A stretch of DNA of 63,346 nucleotides, the filler included, from Octopus bimaculoides (taxonomy: Eukaryota), in assembly GCF_001194135.2 (NCBI RefSeq). It is 4 parts of 4 records of this genome, joined end to end, with 100 filler letters (N's around TTAATTAATTAA, not from the genome) between each part and the next. Parts side by side here need not be neighbours in the genome. Positions count along the whole stretch, not along the records: positions 19,791 to 29,594 come from NC_069004.1; positions 29,695 to 55,832 come from NC_068986.1; 2 more parts are not named here. One strand, given 5' to 3'. The number at the start of each line of letters is the position of its first letter. Position 1 is the stretch's first letter. The position numbers and the translations under genes are program-made. Under the pieces are notes generated by a model that was not told the DNA's origin, ran no database searches, and was given only the letters and a program-made list of their open reading frames with translations. Positions 25,055-36,470 of this stretch are shown in pieces.

Positions 25055-26544
25055 CGAATATGGTCTGACTTCGTGTATGTATGTGTTGTATGGTCTGACT
25101 TGACAAAAACGCGTATTTACTATTGGATTAACGATGCCTTGGGATGTTAATGTGGAGTGAGCACATGAAAGGAAGTGCCAAGGAGATGCTGTAGTACTTC
25201 CATTCAACAAAGTCATTATGGACGCATCTAAAGAACATGTAACACAATGGAACAAAAACAAAATACAACCCCAATTACACACAGAAGATGGAGAATGTAA
25301 TAAAAAAAAACAGGCTGATTCTCAACGATGGCAAACCCACACATAACTTGAAGTAAATTCAGCATCATACTACTAAATAAGGAAATAATAAAGAAAAATA
25401 ATGGTAAATATTTTTTCTTAAATGGCAACTACTTGTATGTAACGTTAACCGCAATGCTAACGCTAAGACGCTGTCATAATTAGCATCATCAACGGCAATA
25501 ATTATGAAGGCCGCCACATATCCCATGTCACCATCACAAATTAAAGTAAATGATTTACACCTCAACACCGAGCTAAGATCTTTACATGAATCCAAATCGA
25601 AATTTAAACGCCTTCCAACTAAACCACAATTTTGACCCCTTCTCGATATAACCTACAACAAGGTTCCGTAATATTACCTTCACTTTTTAACTTACGCATT
25701 CCTAAAACTTAAAGACAGTTTAATGCACAGCGTGCACAGCTGACACCACACTCATATCGTTGTATCATTCTTTAGACTCTGCAGGACAACTAATTTAACC
25801 TTATTTAAATAGCCCAGACTTCAGGCATGACAAGAGATTCAAAATAGCACCTAACAAATCCACAGTCATCATATATGAAGCAAACAAGGATACTGAGATA
25901 AGACAACCCGTGCATAAATTTCACAGAATCCATAGAAGAGCAAATCATGTCACGAACATGATTAGGGGCAATAATTCGGTTTACAAAATGAAACATCTAC
26001 AAGTGTAAACAATCTGATGATTAAATTCATCAGGGATTTCCCTGTTCCACCTGAGACTCCAAACACTCCGCGTCAAAGCAACGATGAACAATAAAACTAC
26101 ACAAAGCAGCTCACTGCTCATGGTCACACATTGTTTGAGTCACATTTCAGAAACAAAAAATACTAATAATGAAAGACGGCCTAAACTTGTAAGGATCATA
26201 ATTTGACTCTGTCCATCGTTCGTTTAAAATCGATTAAAAGGAATTTGTTATATGTTTGCATTTAGCAGAGATTTCATGTTTTTTATCAATGTAATCATTT
26301 TAGGTCATGAGGTACGTAGACTTGAAGTTTTCAAACCAATGCAATATAGTCTATATTTGGTTCATCGAAGCCTAAATTACAAAATTTCCTTTGTCTTTCA
26401 ATTTCCATATGTATTTTGATGAAGTGATTTCAGTTTCCACTTTTCTTCGTTGCAAAAAGATGGATGATGGTTGTAGTAACCGTTTTTGGATTATTTGGGA
26501 TGTCTATTGCTGTAATATTATTATTTTGCTATTAGCAGAGTATA

Positions 26545-26583
26545 ATACAACCTCTTTATTGCAGATATTTTGAACATACCTAC

Positions 26584-26630
<47 letters not shown>

Positions 26631-26733
26631 TACACACGCACACATGCACGCACATACACACGAACACAAACACGCATATACACACACTCACACACAAACT
26701 AACGTACACGCACTCACACACACACGTAGATAG

Positions 26734-26802
<69 letters not shown>

Positions 26803-26850
26803 CAGACTGGCAGACTGACAGACTGACAGACAGACAGACAGATAGACAGA
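26545..26850. repeat. Compound (CA)n, (GATA)n, (GACA)n microsatellite
   Basis: Direct reading. Confidence 0.95.
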
Positions 26851-27527
26851 TAATGATATATCCTGTTCTCTATTAATCCTTTCTTATATTTTGCTTTAAA
26901 CGGTCTGTAGATAAACACATATAACACTGAAAGTGTGTGTGTGTGTGTGTTTACGCGTGTGTGTGTCTTTGTATATTTATCATAGCTGTGTAGCCGTAGT
27001 TATACAATTCAGATGTGAATATATTCTACAACTTTATACACACTCATATACACTCACAACTCTTATACGCCCTCACAGTTATGTATGTATTATATTTATG
27101 TACAGATATGTATGTCTATATACATACATAATATATATGCATATGTAAATAGATATAGCTATCTATTTATTTACACTCACACAAACACACGCACACACAT
27201 ACATATATGATATGTATACGTAAGCATGTATGCATGTGGATACATATTTATATGTTTATTTTCAATATTCTCTGTCTTTTGTGCATTAAAAATATAGTCT
27301 TTGAAGTTTAAAGACTATTGTTCTGCCTGAACATATGAGGTGGGTTGGATCGATACCCAATCAAATAGTGAAATAATGACATCACTGGAGAGATATCGAT
27401 CCCATTGATCTCTGCGACGTAGAGAAGACAAACAACATAACTCGTTTATTACTTGTTGTTTTTGTCGTCGTAGATCCGGGTTCGATCGGTGTTCTAACTG
27501 TGACTCTAATGTCTTTGCTGTTGCGCA

Positions 27528-27528
27528 G

Positions 27529-27578
<50 letters not shown>

Positions 27579-27590
27579 GCTGTTGTTGTT
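27528..27590. repeat. (GTT)n tract, probably the tail of an adjacent retroposon
   Basis: Followed by GAGCAGAGCTATAATCAAAGGCGTCC, similar to the sequence following the (GTT)n at 32240-32330. Confidence 0.8.
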
Positions 27591-28129
27591 TAGCATTAAA
27601 TCAACGTTAATTGAGCAGAGCTATAATCAAAGGCGTCCCGGATATGCCCATACCTAGGACTTCTTCATCTAACACATCCTATGCATTTTGAAGACTGTAG
27701 GATGCAAATTGGGTGATAATTTGGCTTTTATATCCAAGAAGCCGGCTGACCACAAACAGCCTCGCTGAGTAATGTTACAACAGGCAGAGAAGTATAAGAT
27801 GCTGGATAGCTGGAAGTGCACTCATCGTTGATACATTGGTCAAGTGCCTTAGTTTGCTGGTTCCTCTTCTGTCCACGACACATAATTATCAAATGTTCTA
27901 GTCTGCCTAGATACAAATTGGATAGAAGCTAATCAAAGATGTAAGCAATGACAACATTGTAACGTTTACGGGAATATCTTCAGTTGTGATTAGGGTAAGC
28001 GTTTGCAGTTTGCCCTAAGGTGGAAGGCTATCGTTTTTTGGTAGAATCATTCGATGGGCAGAGATGAACTACATATTGCTAGCTAGTCTTAGTCTTCCCG
28101 GCTTCACTATGGAATATCGGGCAATGAGA

Positions 28130-28400
28130 AGTCTTAGTTACAAGCATTGTCATAAGCTTGATCCTCCACCAGTTCTCATACACGTCTTGGAAGGTTTGCC
28201 TCGCTTCCTACATTCCCTCTCTGGCTTCCATTCTAGAGAGGCTCTCACTGATTTGTTCATGGGAATGCGAGCAACATATATGAAAAATCTTCCGCTACAT
28301 AACGGTATCTTGTATGTTACTTAGACTGACTCTTTCTGACTTCTTCATTCCTGATATGGTCGCACCAAAAATTTCTTATTATGGTCCAAAAGCGACTCTA
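28130..28400 (-). mobile_element. Highly decayed RTE-like LINE C-terminus
   Basis: YVARIPMNKSVRASLEWKPERECRKRGKPSKTCMRT resembles GHVxRM...ALxWxPxGxRxRGRPxxTW. Confidence 0.45.
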
Positions 28401-29458
28401 TAAAAGACAATTGTAGTTCCGTGGGTTCCGTTGTCTTCACTCCAATTATCATGGGAATAAGTCGACGTCGGCATGATAATGAATATATTCAGACTGTATT
28501 CGGTTGCTACCTTGGTTGATGGAGAAGTTGGACCATACAGCGTTCAAATGCAGCTTGTTGAATCTATTCTGACCAGGACTGAGTTGCTGAAGCAGAAATA
28601 ACGTTATAGCAAATATTCTGCTCAATAACACACATTTGTTTGTCAGTTGCTTAATCTTAACCACTTGAACATGACTCTTAGGTTGACAATTTATGCATTT
28701 CTGACCATGAGGAAGAGTATTGAGGGAGCATTGTAGCCATGTATTAAGAGAGATTCTTTGAGGTTTGAATAAATCTAAGAAAAATACAGTTAGAAGGAAA
28801 TATTAGCCATTTTTTAATACTTTCTAGGGATAAGCGAATTGGAAATAACAGTTGCTATCCAAGGGCAAAAATCGTGTTACAAAGCGTTATCAATTTCGCC
28901 TCCTATTTGTTGCTGACTTGAAGACCAATTTTTGATCTGTTGCTGAAACAGGTGATCATGTTTGCATCACTTTAGGTGCGGCCACAAATACTTTAACGCA
29001 AAGAGCTTGCATGAATTCTAGCAACCCTTGTCTGTTCTGTTCTTCAGATTTCTGCCAGTCGTGATCTCTTTCTTTCAACATTGTTCTCAGTTAACTTGAC
29101 CTAAGTCTCCTATTACTTGTAACTGGGACACTGCATTTTATTGATTGATGTATTTTCCGGTCTTTCGGGTCGAACTGAATCTCGTGGCTCAAATATTGCC
29201 ATCTACTCTATATTTGATATACTGGTCATATCTCGGTCAACTTCTTTTCTAACAGCATACAATCGAACCAGACACTCACATAAAAACTAGAAAGGATGAA
29301 AAGCAGAATTGATCTTCCCTACCCGTACCCTCCAAAAAATCCAGTCATAGAAACTATTCTATGTGGACATACAGGGCTGCAGATTGTTGCCTAAACAAAA
29401 CACAAATAAGGAATATTTATCCACCGATGTGGTGTTGGGTATTGTTACTCATTCTCAC

Positions 29459-29508
<50 letters not shown>

Positions 29509-29594
29509 CATGCATACATACACACACACATACACATACACGAACACATATATATCGCTTTTACTTGTTTCATATAAATATATATATATATATA

Positions 29595-29694
29595 NNNNNN
29601 NNNNNNNNNNNNNNNNNNNNNNNNNNNNNNNNNNNNNNTTAATTAATTAANNNNNNNNNNNNNNNNNNNNNNNNNNNNNNNNNNNNNNNNNNNN
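29595..29694. other. Artificial scaffold linker
   Basis: 44 N + TTAATTAATTAA + 44 N. Confidence 0.95.
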
Positions 29695-29819
29695 ATTAAA
29701 TTGAATTTTTACCTGTAAATCTGGATTTTTATCCCTATTATTATTATCATAATTATTATAAATATATATACATATATACATATATACATATACATATATA
29801 TATATACATATATACTTTT

Positions 29820-30175
29820 ATTCTTTTACTTGTTTCAGCCATTTGACTGTGGCCATGCTGGGGCACCGCCTTTAGTCAAGCAAATCGACCCTAGGACTTA
29901 TTTGTAAGCCTAGTATTTATTCTATCAGTCTTTTTTGCTGAACTGCTAAGTTAAAGGGACGTAAACACACCAGCATCGGTTGTCAAGCGTTGTTGTGGGG
30001 GGGGGGACAAACACACACACATATAGATATACGACAGGCTTCTTTCAGTTTCCGCCTACCAAATCCACTCACAAGGTTTTGGTCGGCCAGAGGCTATAGT
30101 AGAAGACACTTGTCCAAGGTGCCACACAGTGGGACTGAACCCAGAACCATGTGGTTAGTAAGCAAGCGTCTTACC
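29820..30175 (-). mobile_element. tRNA-derived SINE (family A), near full-length
   Basis: Reverse complement of 34803-35185. Confidence 0.85.
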
Positions 30176-30597
30176 ATATATAAAATCAGCAGAAATATTA
30201 ATTACAGAGAATATTTTGGGCAGTTTGCAGTAATGTTATTTACTATATTTGCCAGAGAAAGTATAATCATCTTCATCTAACATATATAAATAAATCTACA
30301 TTTATAAGAAAAAAGATTTTCATACCATAATCTAAAATTGCTTATACAAGGCCAGATATGTTTATTCATCTAGTTTAAGAATTCAGTTATAAAAAAGTCT
30401 ATTTTGATAAAGCAATCATGCCCCAGCATGGCCACAGACAACAGAAGCCAATAAGACAGTATAGCTCGTATACTTAGTTCACCTGCAAAATTTCCCCTAT
30501 TTGTCAATCACTTTGTATCGTCTGACAATCTGCCAGTTGGTTGTCTTCATTTAACCTAATCACTCATTCAGATTGCTACAACTCCTCCTCCTCCTCC

Positions 30598-30867
30598 TCA
30601 TTATCATCATCATTTAACGTCCGTTGTCCATGCTGGCATGGGTTGGACGGTTTGATCAGGGCTGGTAAACTGGAAGTTCGCACCAGACTCCAGTCTGACT
30701 TGGCATGGTTTTCTACAGCTGGATGCCCTTCTTAACGCCAACCACTCCGAGAATATAATGGAGTACTTTTACGTGCCATTTGCGTGACACCAGTATCTGC
30801 CACAATTGCGATTTTGCTCGGCTTGATGGGTCTTCTCAAGCACGACATAACGCCAAAGGTCTCGATC
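30598..30867 (-). mobile_element. RTE 3' end with (GAT)n tail
   Basis: DRDLWRYVVLEKTHQA plus 3' UTR; inverted relative to 32790-33320. Confidence 0.8.
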
Positions 30868-31373
30868 ATTGCCTCCATGAGGCCCAACAGTCGAAAGGAA
30901 CTCAGCCACTTTGCCTCCGTGAGGCCCAACAATCGAAAAGAACTCAGCCACTTTGCCTCCGTGTGGCCCAACAATCGAAAAGAACTTGCCCACTTTGCCT
31001 CCGTGTGGCCCAACAATCGANNNNNNNNNNNNNNNNNNNNNNNNNNNNNNNNNNNNNNNNNNNNNNNNNNNNNNNNNNNNNNNNNNNNNNNNNNNNNNNN
31101 NNNNNNNNNNNNNNNNNNNNNNNNNNNNNNNNNNNNNNNNNNNNNNNNNNNNNNNNNNNNNNNNNNNNNNNNNNNNNNNNNNNNNNNNNNNNNNTTGCCT
31201 CCATGAGGCCCAACAGTCGAAAGGAACTCAGCCACTTTGCCTCCGTGAGGCCCATCGAAAAGAACTCCGCCACTTTGCCTCTGTGTAGCCCAACAATCGA
31301 AAAGAACTCCGCCACTTTGCCTCCGTGAGGCCCAACAATCGAAAGGAACTCAGCCACTTTGCCTCCGTGAGGC
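30868..31373. repeat. 42-bp minisatellite derived from an RTE 3' segment; contains gap 31021-31194
   Basis: Unit GCCACTTTGCCTCCGTGAGGCCCAACAATCGAAAAGAACTCA; gives the 14-aa periodic ORF LLGLTEAKWLSSFR. Confidence 0.9.
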
Positions 31374-31430
31374 TACCCCATAGATATTGATTATTTGAAA
31401 TCAGAAATAAATAAAGAAGAAAACACTTAC

Positions 31431-31574
31431 CCATGAATGTAAAATAAAATATACAAGGCTTTAGGATCACAGAGGTACTCAGATTTAACAGACAATACAC
31501 CATCGTCTGTGATAATAAGTGGCTCTAGAGCTGGGTGCTGGAATTGGACAAGCTGATTAAATAACCGTTCAACA
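31431..31574 (-). CDS. GGNBP2: Gametogenetin-binding protein 2 (GGNBP2/ZNF403) coding exon, 144 nt, phase 2-2
   Basis: (S)VERLFNQLVQFQHPALEPLIITDDGVLSVKSEYLCDPKALYILFYIHG versus recalled human SVERLFSQLVESGNPALEPLTVGPKGVLSVTRSCMTDAKKLYTLFYVHG. Acceptor TTTCAG and donor GTAAGT. Confidence 0.9.
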
Positions 31575-32004
31575 CTGAAAGAAAAAGTAAAAGAAAGTTC
31601 CATCATCAGTAGTTTGAATATTAACAGAAATTTTATTGAGCTCATTTGCTGCTAATTAGCCCCAGTAAGTCCTAATCAAGCAGACCTTTAATGAAAACTA
31701 TTCAAGCCGAAGCAATTATTATTTTTTTTTTTAGGCAAAGGTACTCTAGGACTACACTACCCAATAATGAGTCCATCCCTTTAAAATGGTGGAAACTGAA
31801 AGAAGCCCATCGTGTATGTGTGTGCGTTTGACCCCCCACAACATGTGTTGGTGTGTTTACATCCCAGAAACTTAGTAGTTCAGCAAAAGAGAGACCAATA
31901 GAATAAATACTAGGCTTACAAAGATTAAGTCTTGGGCTCGATTTGTTTGACTCAAGGTGGTCTCTCCAGCATGGCCATGGTTAAATGACAGAAAAACAGT
32001 TGCA

Positions 32005-32210
32005 AGCAGGTAGAATCGTTAGCAGGCCAAGCAAAATGCTTAGCAGCCTTTCATCCCTCTTTACAGTCTGAGTTCAAATTCCGCTGACATCAAACTTGCT
32101 TTCATCCTTTTGGGGTCAATAAAATAAGAACCAGTTGAACACTGGGAGTCAATGTAATTGACTCATCCCCTCCCCACTCCCGAAATTGCTGGCCTTGTGC
32201 CAAAACTGGA
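32005..32210 (+). mobile_element. SINE-like repeat (separate family)
   Basis: GAGTTCAAATTCC B-box-like motif followed by TTTCATCCTTTTGGGGTCAATAAAATAAGAACCAG; decayed relatives elsewhere, e.g. 58360-58460. Confidence 0.55.
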
Positions 32211-32359
32211 CACCAATAGAACGTGCTACTGCTGCTGCTGTTGTTGTTGTTGTTGTTAAACCTTACTTCAACTCTGATTTGGCAGGACTATGATCAAAAG
32301 CATTCCAGACATGACCACTGCATCTTTAATTTTCAGACAATCTATTTGAAAAATAGAAT

Positions 32360-33320
32360 TAGCTGATAGCCTGTTACCTAGGTGATCAAGTCAGTAGCTT
32401 GGGTGGATGCTCTGAAAGCATACCTGCTAGAATAAGAATAGCCTGGGCAAAGTTCAGAGAGCTCCTAACCCTGCTGGTAACAAAAGGCCTCTTGTTCAGA
32501 GTGAAAGGTAGACTGTAAGATGCATATGTGCGGACAACCATGCTACAGGCAGTGAAACATGGGCTGTGACTGCTGAGGACATGCTCAAGCTTGCAAGAAA
32601 TGAAGCTAGTATGCTCCACTGGATGTGTAATGTCAGTGTGCATACATGACAGAGTGTAAGTGCCCTGAGAGAAAAGCTGGACATAAGAGGCATCAAATGT
32701 GGTGTGCGAGACGACTGCGCTGGCATGGTCATGTGTTACATATGGATGAGGACAGCTGCATGAAACAGTGTCACACCCTAACAGTGGAAGGAACCAAGTG
32801 ACCAAGACCTTTGGAGATATGCTGTGCTTGAGAAGACCCGGCAAGCCAAGTGAGACCATAGCTATGGCCTATGCCAGTGTTGCATAACAGGCCCATTTAA
32901 TAGTACCCTTCAATCATTGAGCAATATGCTTTGCCTGAGAAGACCTGTTGAGTCAAGTGAAATCACTGTCTTGGCTGATGCCAGTCCCACTGGACTAGTT
33001 CCCATGCCAGTAGCACATAAAAAGCACCATACGAGTGGGGTTGATGCTAGTGCCACCAGACTGGCTCCCATGCTGGCGGCACGTAAAAAGCACCATACAG
33101 GCATGGTCAATGCCAGTGCCACCAGACTGGCTCCCGTGCTGGTGGCACGTAAAAAGCACCCACAACACTCTCGGAGTAGTTGGCATTAGGAAGGGCATCT
33201 AGCTGTAGAAACCTTGCCAGATCAGATTGTAGCCTGGTGCAGCCTCCTGGCTTGCCAGTCCTCAGTCCAACCGTCCAACCCATGCCAGCAGGGAAAGCGG
33301 ACATTAAACAATGATGATAA
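32360..33320 (+). mobile_element. RTE LINE 3' end with ~66-bp 3'-UTR repeats and (GAT)n tail
   Basis: RELLTLLVTKGLLFRVKGRL...ETWAVTAEDMLKLARNEASMLHWMCNVSVH...LWRYAVLEKTRQAK; UTR repeat period 66 (33046 to 33112). Confidence 0.85.
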
Positions 33321-33448
33321 TCTAAAGACTGATACAATTTGTTGTATAAGGTTTCTTTCTTTTGTAAAGACTGGAAGATGTTGGCATTACAAATATTTAT
33401 CATTGGAATTATATACTTGTCTTTTCTAAGGCAAAACCCGACACTTAC

Positions 33449-33642
33449 CTTCGTCGACATCCGACACAAGGAACTGTTTGTGATAAGAGATGGAGGATTC
33501 CTTTACTCGTTACCATCATTGCAACCCGCTTTTCTTCATTAGTCAAAATGTTGAACTTTTGGATAAACGGTTCCAATTCACGCTGCTTCACACCACAAAC
33601 ATGTTCACAATCTGCACATTTATCACTGAATTGTATCACCAT
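33449..33642 (-). CDS. GGNBP2: GGNBP2/ZNF403 coding exon, 194 nt, phase 0-2
   Basis: MVIQFSDKCADCEHVCGVKQRELEPFIQKFNILTNEEKRVAMMVTSKGILHLLSQTVPCVGCRR versus recalled human MVMEF...LKQFIQRHGML...AMVVTSREVLSALSQLVPCVGCRR. TTTCAG acceptor and AG|GTAAGT donor; AG+T splices to the Ser codon of the next exon. Confidence 0.92.
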
Positions 33643-34007
33643 CTGAAACAACCAACAAAACAATATTTTAAAACAATTTCAAATGACCAAAACAAAAGAA
33701 AAAAAAAAACTACAAACAATATGACACAGTTAGGAGAAGGTATGTGACCTCACAAATGCTAAAAATAGCAATCAACTATCTCTTGAATCACAATTTATAA
33801 AAAAAAAAAAGACACGCTCTCTAGTCCATAATACATACCTGAAAAATAAACCTAAAGAGGACGAAGGACTAAGCAAGTACGAACAACATTTAGACTCCAA
33901 ATATAAAGGAACTTAAAAGAATAAACAACAACTTTCTAATACTTCACTGATTAGTCTCTCCATTTGCCATAAATAATATTCAATGTGTGTGTACATTAAT
34001 AAAATTT

Positions 34008-34370
34008 GCAGGCACAGGAGTGGCTGTGTGGTAAGTACCTTGCTCACCACCACATGGCGCTGAGTTCCGTCCCACTGTGTAGCACCTTGGGCAAGTCTCT
34101 TCTACTATAGCCCTGGGCCAACCAAAGCATTGCGAGTGGATTTGGTAGACGGAAACTGAAAGAAGTGTATCATGTGTGTGTGTGTGTCTGTTCCCGCAGC
34201 ATTGCTTGACAATCAATTGTTGGTGTGTTTATGTTCCTGTAACTTAGCGGTTCGACAAAAGACACCAATAGAATAAGTACTAAGCTTACAAAGAATAAGT
34301 TCTGGGGTCGATTTGTTTGACTAAAGGTGGAGCTCCAGCATGGCCGCAGTCAAATGACTGAAACAAATAA
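34008..34370 (+). mobile_element. tRNA-derived SINE (family A), full-length
   Basis: Head + (TG)n + 3' module ending GCAGTCAAATGACTGAAAC. Confidence 0.85.
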
Positions 34371-34802
34371 AAAATTAAAAAATTTTCTATCTACACACAT
34401 CATCATCATCATCATTTAACGTCTGCTTTCCATGCTAGCATGGGTTGGACGATTTGACTGAGGACTGGTGAGCCAGATGACTACACCAGGCTCCAATCTG
34501 ATTTGGCAGAGTTTCTACAGCTGGATGCCCTTCCATCGAGTTTGAATTTATACAACATTAAGACAAATCGCTGATGCTTTAGGCTAATTTTCAGGGAGTA
34601 AGAGAAGTGTTTANNNNNNNNNNNNNNNNNNNNNNNNNNNNNNNNNNNNNNNNNNNNNNNNNNNNNNNNNNNNNNNNNNNNNNNNNNNNNNNNNNNNNNN
34701 NNNNNNNNNNNNNNNNNNNNNNNNNNNNNNNNNNNNNNNNNNNNNNNNNNNNNNNNNNNNNNNNNNNNNNNNNNNNNNNNNNNNNNNNNNNNNNNNNNNN
34801 NN

Positions 34803-35185
34803 TGGAGTGGCTGTGTGGTAAGTAGCTTGCTTACCAACCACATGGTTCTGGGTTCAGTCCCACTGCATGGCACCTTGGGCAAGTGTCTTCTACTATAACC
34901 TCAGGCCGACCAAAGCCTTGTGAGTAGATTTGGTAGATGGAAACTGAAAGAAGCCCGTTGTATATATTTGTATATATATATGTGTGTGTGTGTGTTTGTC
35001 TCCACCACCATCGCTTGACAACTGTTGCTGGTGTGTTTACATCCCCATAACTTAGCGGTTTGGCAAAAAGAGACCGATAGAATAAGTACTAGGCTTACAA
35101 GGAATAAGTTCTGGGATCGATTTGCTCGACTAAAGGCGGTGCTCCAGTATGGCCGCAGTCAAATGACTGAAACAAGTAAAAGAGT
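34803..35185 (+). mobile_element. tRNA-derived SINE (family A), full-length
   Basis: Head + (TA)n(TG)n + 3' module. Confidence 0.9.
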
Positions 35186-35404
35186 ATAAAAGAACTAGTT
35201 ACTCCACAAGCATATTTGAGGCCAGAAAGGGAGAGAGTTTGAGAAAGAGTGGGGAGAGAAAATTAAAATGAAAAGAGGAAGATTAAAACAGGTGAAAAAG
35301 AAGGCAACAATTATTCATCAAAAAAGGTTTGTTATTTTTTAGTGGCCAGGTCAGTGACCAGCAGACAGTATTCACATTCACATCTATCCATACATACATG
35401 TATA

Positions 35405-36307
35405 TGTGGTCTGAACAAATAAGTATCCAGACTGTTACCATAGTAATGAAGCTAAAGCATACAGAGTGAAGCTGCTTGGCACAGATTGATCTTGAACTCT
35501 GCTGTGCAAGTTTTAATGTTCTAGCTCACTTCCGCTGTTTACAGCAGTGCTTGGAAGGAAGGTGTGTAGCGTGTTGATTGTCGCATTGACCATGACAGAG
35601 AAAGTTGAACAGATAATCTGCATCAAATTTTGCCAAAGGCTTGGCGATACCTGTTCAGAGGCCTATGTAAGGTTTCCAAAAAGTGTTTATTGTTCTCGAC
35701 ACAATCAAGATCTTGTGCAACTCAAACCCGAATGTCCTTTTGGTCAGCTGAAAGCAGTTTTGGTACAAACTTGGCAGACATGTGTCTCATACCCAAATCT
35801 TCAGTGATAATGGACTGAAGTGAATTGAAACTAATCTGCACATCCTCTGATAACTCACAGATGGTGATTCGGCAATTTCCCCTCACAGCTGCACACACAT
35901 TTGTGAAGTTTTTCTCAGAACATTTGCCAATATCGACATATATTCCTGCCATCTTACAAACGTCTGAACCACTCCTACACTCATGTGCAGCTCATGCATT
36001 CCTCTCCTACACGTATGTGCAGCTCATGCATTCCTCTCCTACACGTATGTGCAGCTCATGCATTCCTCTCCTACACTTTCTGCAACTTTGTGTAGGCCTC
36101 TGAACAGGTATTGCCATGACAACTTTCTCACGTGCTACACACCTTCCCTCCTAGCACTGCAGTAAACAGCAGAAGTGAGCGAGAATGTTAAAATTTAGTG
36201 CACATGCATAGCAGAATTCCAGGTCAATTTGTGCCAAGTAGATTCACTCTGTGTGCTTTGGCTTTGTTTCTATGGAAACAGTTTGGATACTTACTGATAA
36301 GACCTTG
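35405..36307. mobile_element. Mariner-derived non-autonomous element made of two inverted 5' ends
   Basis: TA at 35403-35404 and 36308-36309; inverted arms of roughly 200-250 bp. Plus arm MTEKVEQIICIKFCQRLGDTCSEAY; minus arm ...RITICELSEDVQISF...LGMRHMSAKFVPKLLSADQK. Confidence 0.85.
35975..36076. repeat. 32-bp tandem repeat, 3 copies, inside the mariner remnant
   Basis: Unit CCTACACGTATGTGCAGCTCATGCATTCCTCT. Confidence 0.9.
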
Positions 36308-36332
36308 TACATATACATACATATATACTTTC

Positions 36333-36470
36333 ATTAATATTTAGCAGGAGTAACAGAGTCACTTAAGAATGTAAGAGTTTCATGCGATGACATTTATCAA
36401 AGTTTGACAAGTGCCACTGCACAAAACTCTTAAATCTCGAGTCACTCGGTTACTTCAGCTAAATATTAAT
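36333..36470. mobile_element. Small foldback/MITE-like element
   Basis: ATTAATATTTAGCAGGAGTAACAGAGTCACTTAAGAATGTAAGAGTTT is an imperfect inverted repeat of AAACTCTTAAATCTCGAGTCACTCGGTTACTTCAGCTAAATATTAAT. Confidence 0.6.

Noticed and set aside
22911-25106. Poly-L/V/S, YI-repeat and CV/HT-repeat ORFs
   Set aside because: Translations of microsatellites.
25805-26080. GVSGGTGKSLMNL, a Walker-A-like string on the minus strand
   Set aside because: No downstream helicase motifs and multiple stops; insufficient for a call.
27315-27596. Poly-Asn ORF containing SNPDLRR, reminiscent of a motif in MINK/TNIK kinases
   Set aside because: The (CAA)n is a retroposon tail, there is no further similarity, and the splice context is unconvincing.
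30732-31357. Periodic ORFs in several frames (LLGLTEAKWLSSFR repeats) as a repeat protein
   Set aside because: By-product of a 42-bp intronic minisatellite.
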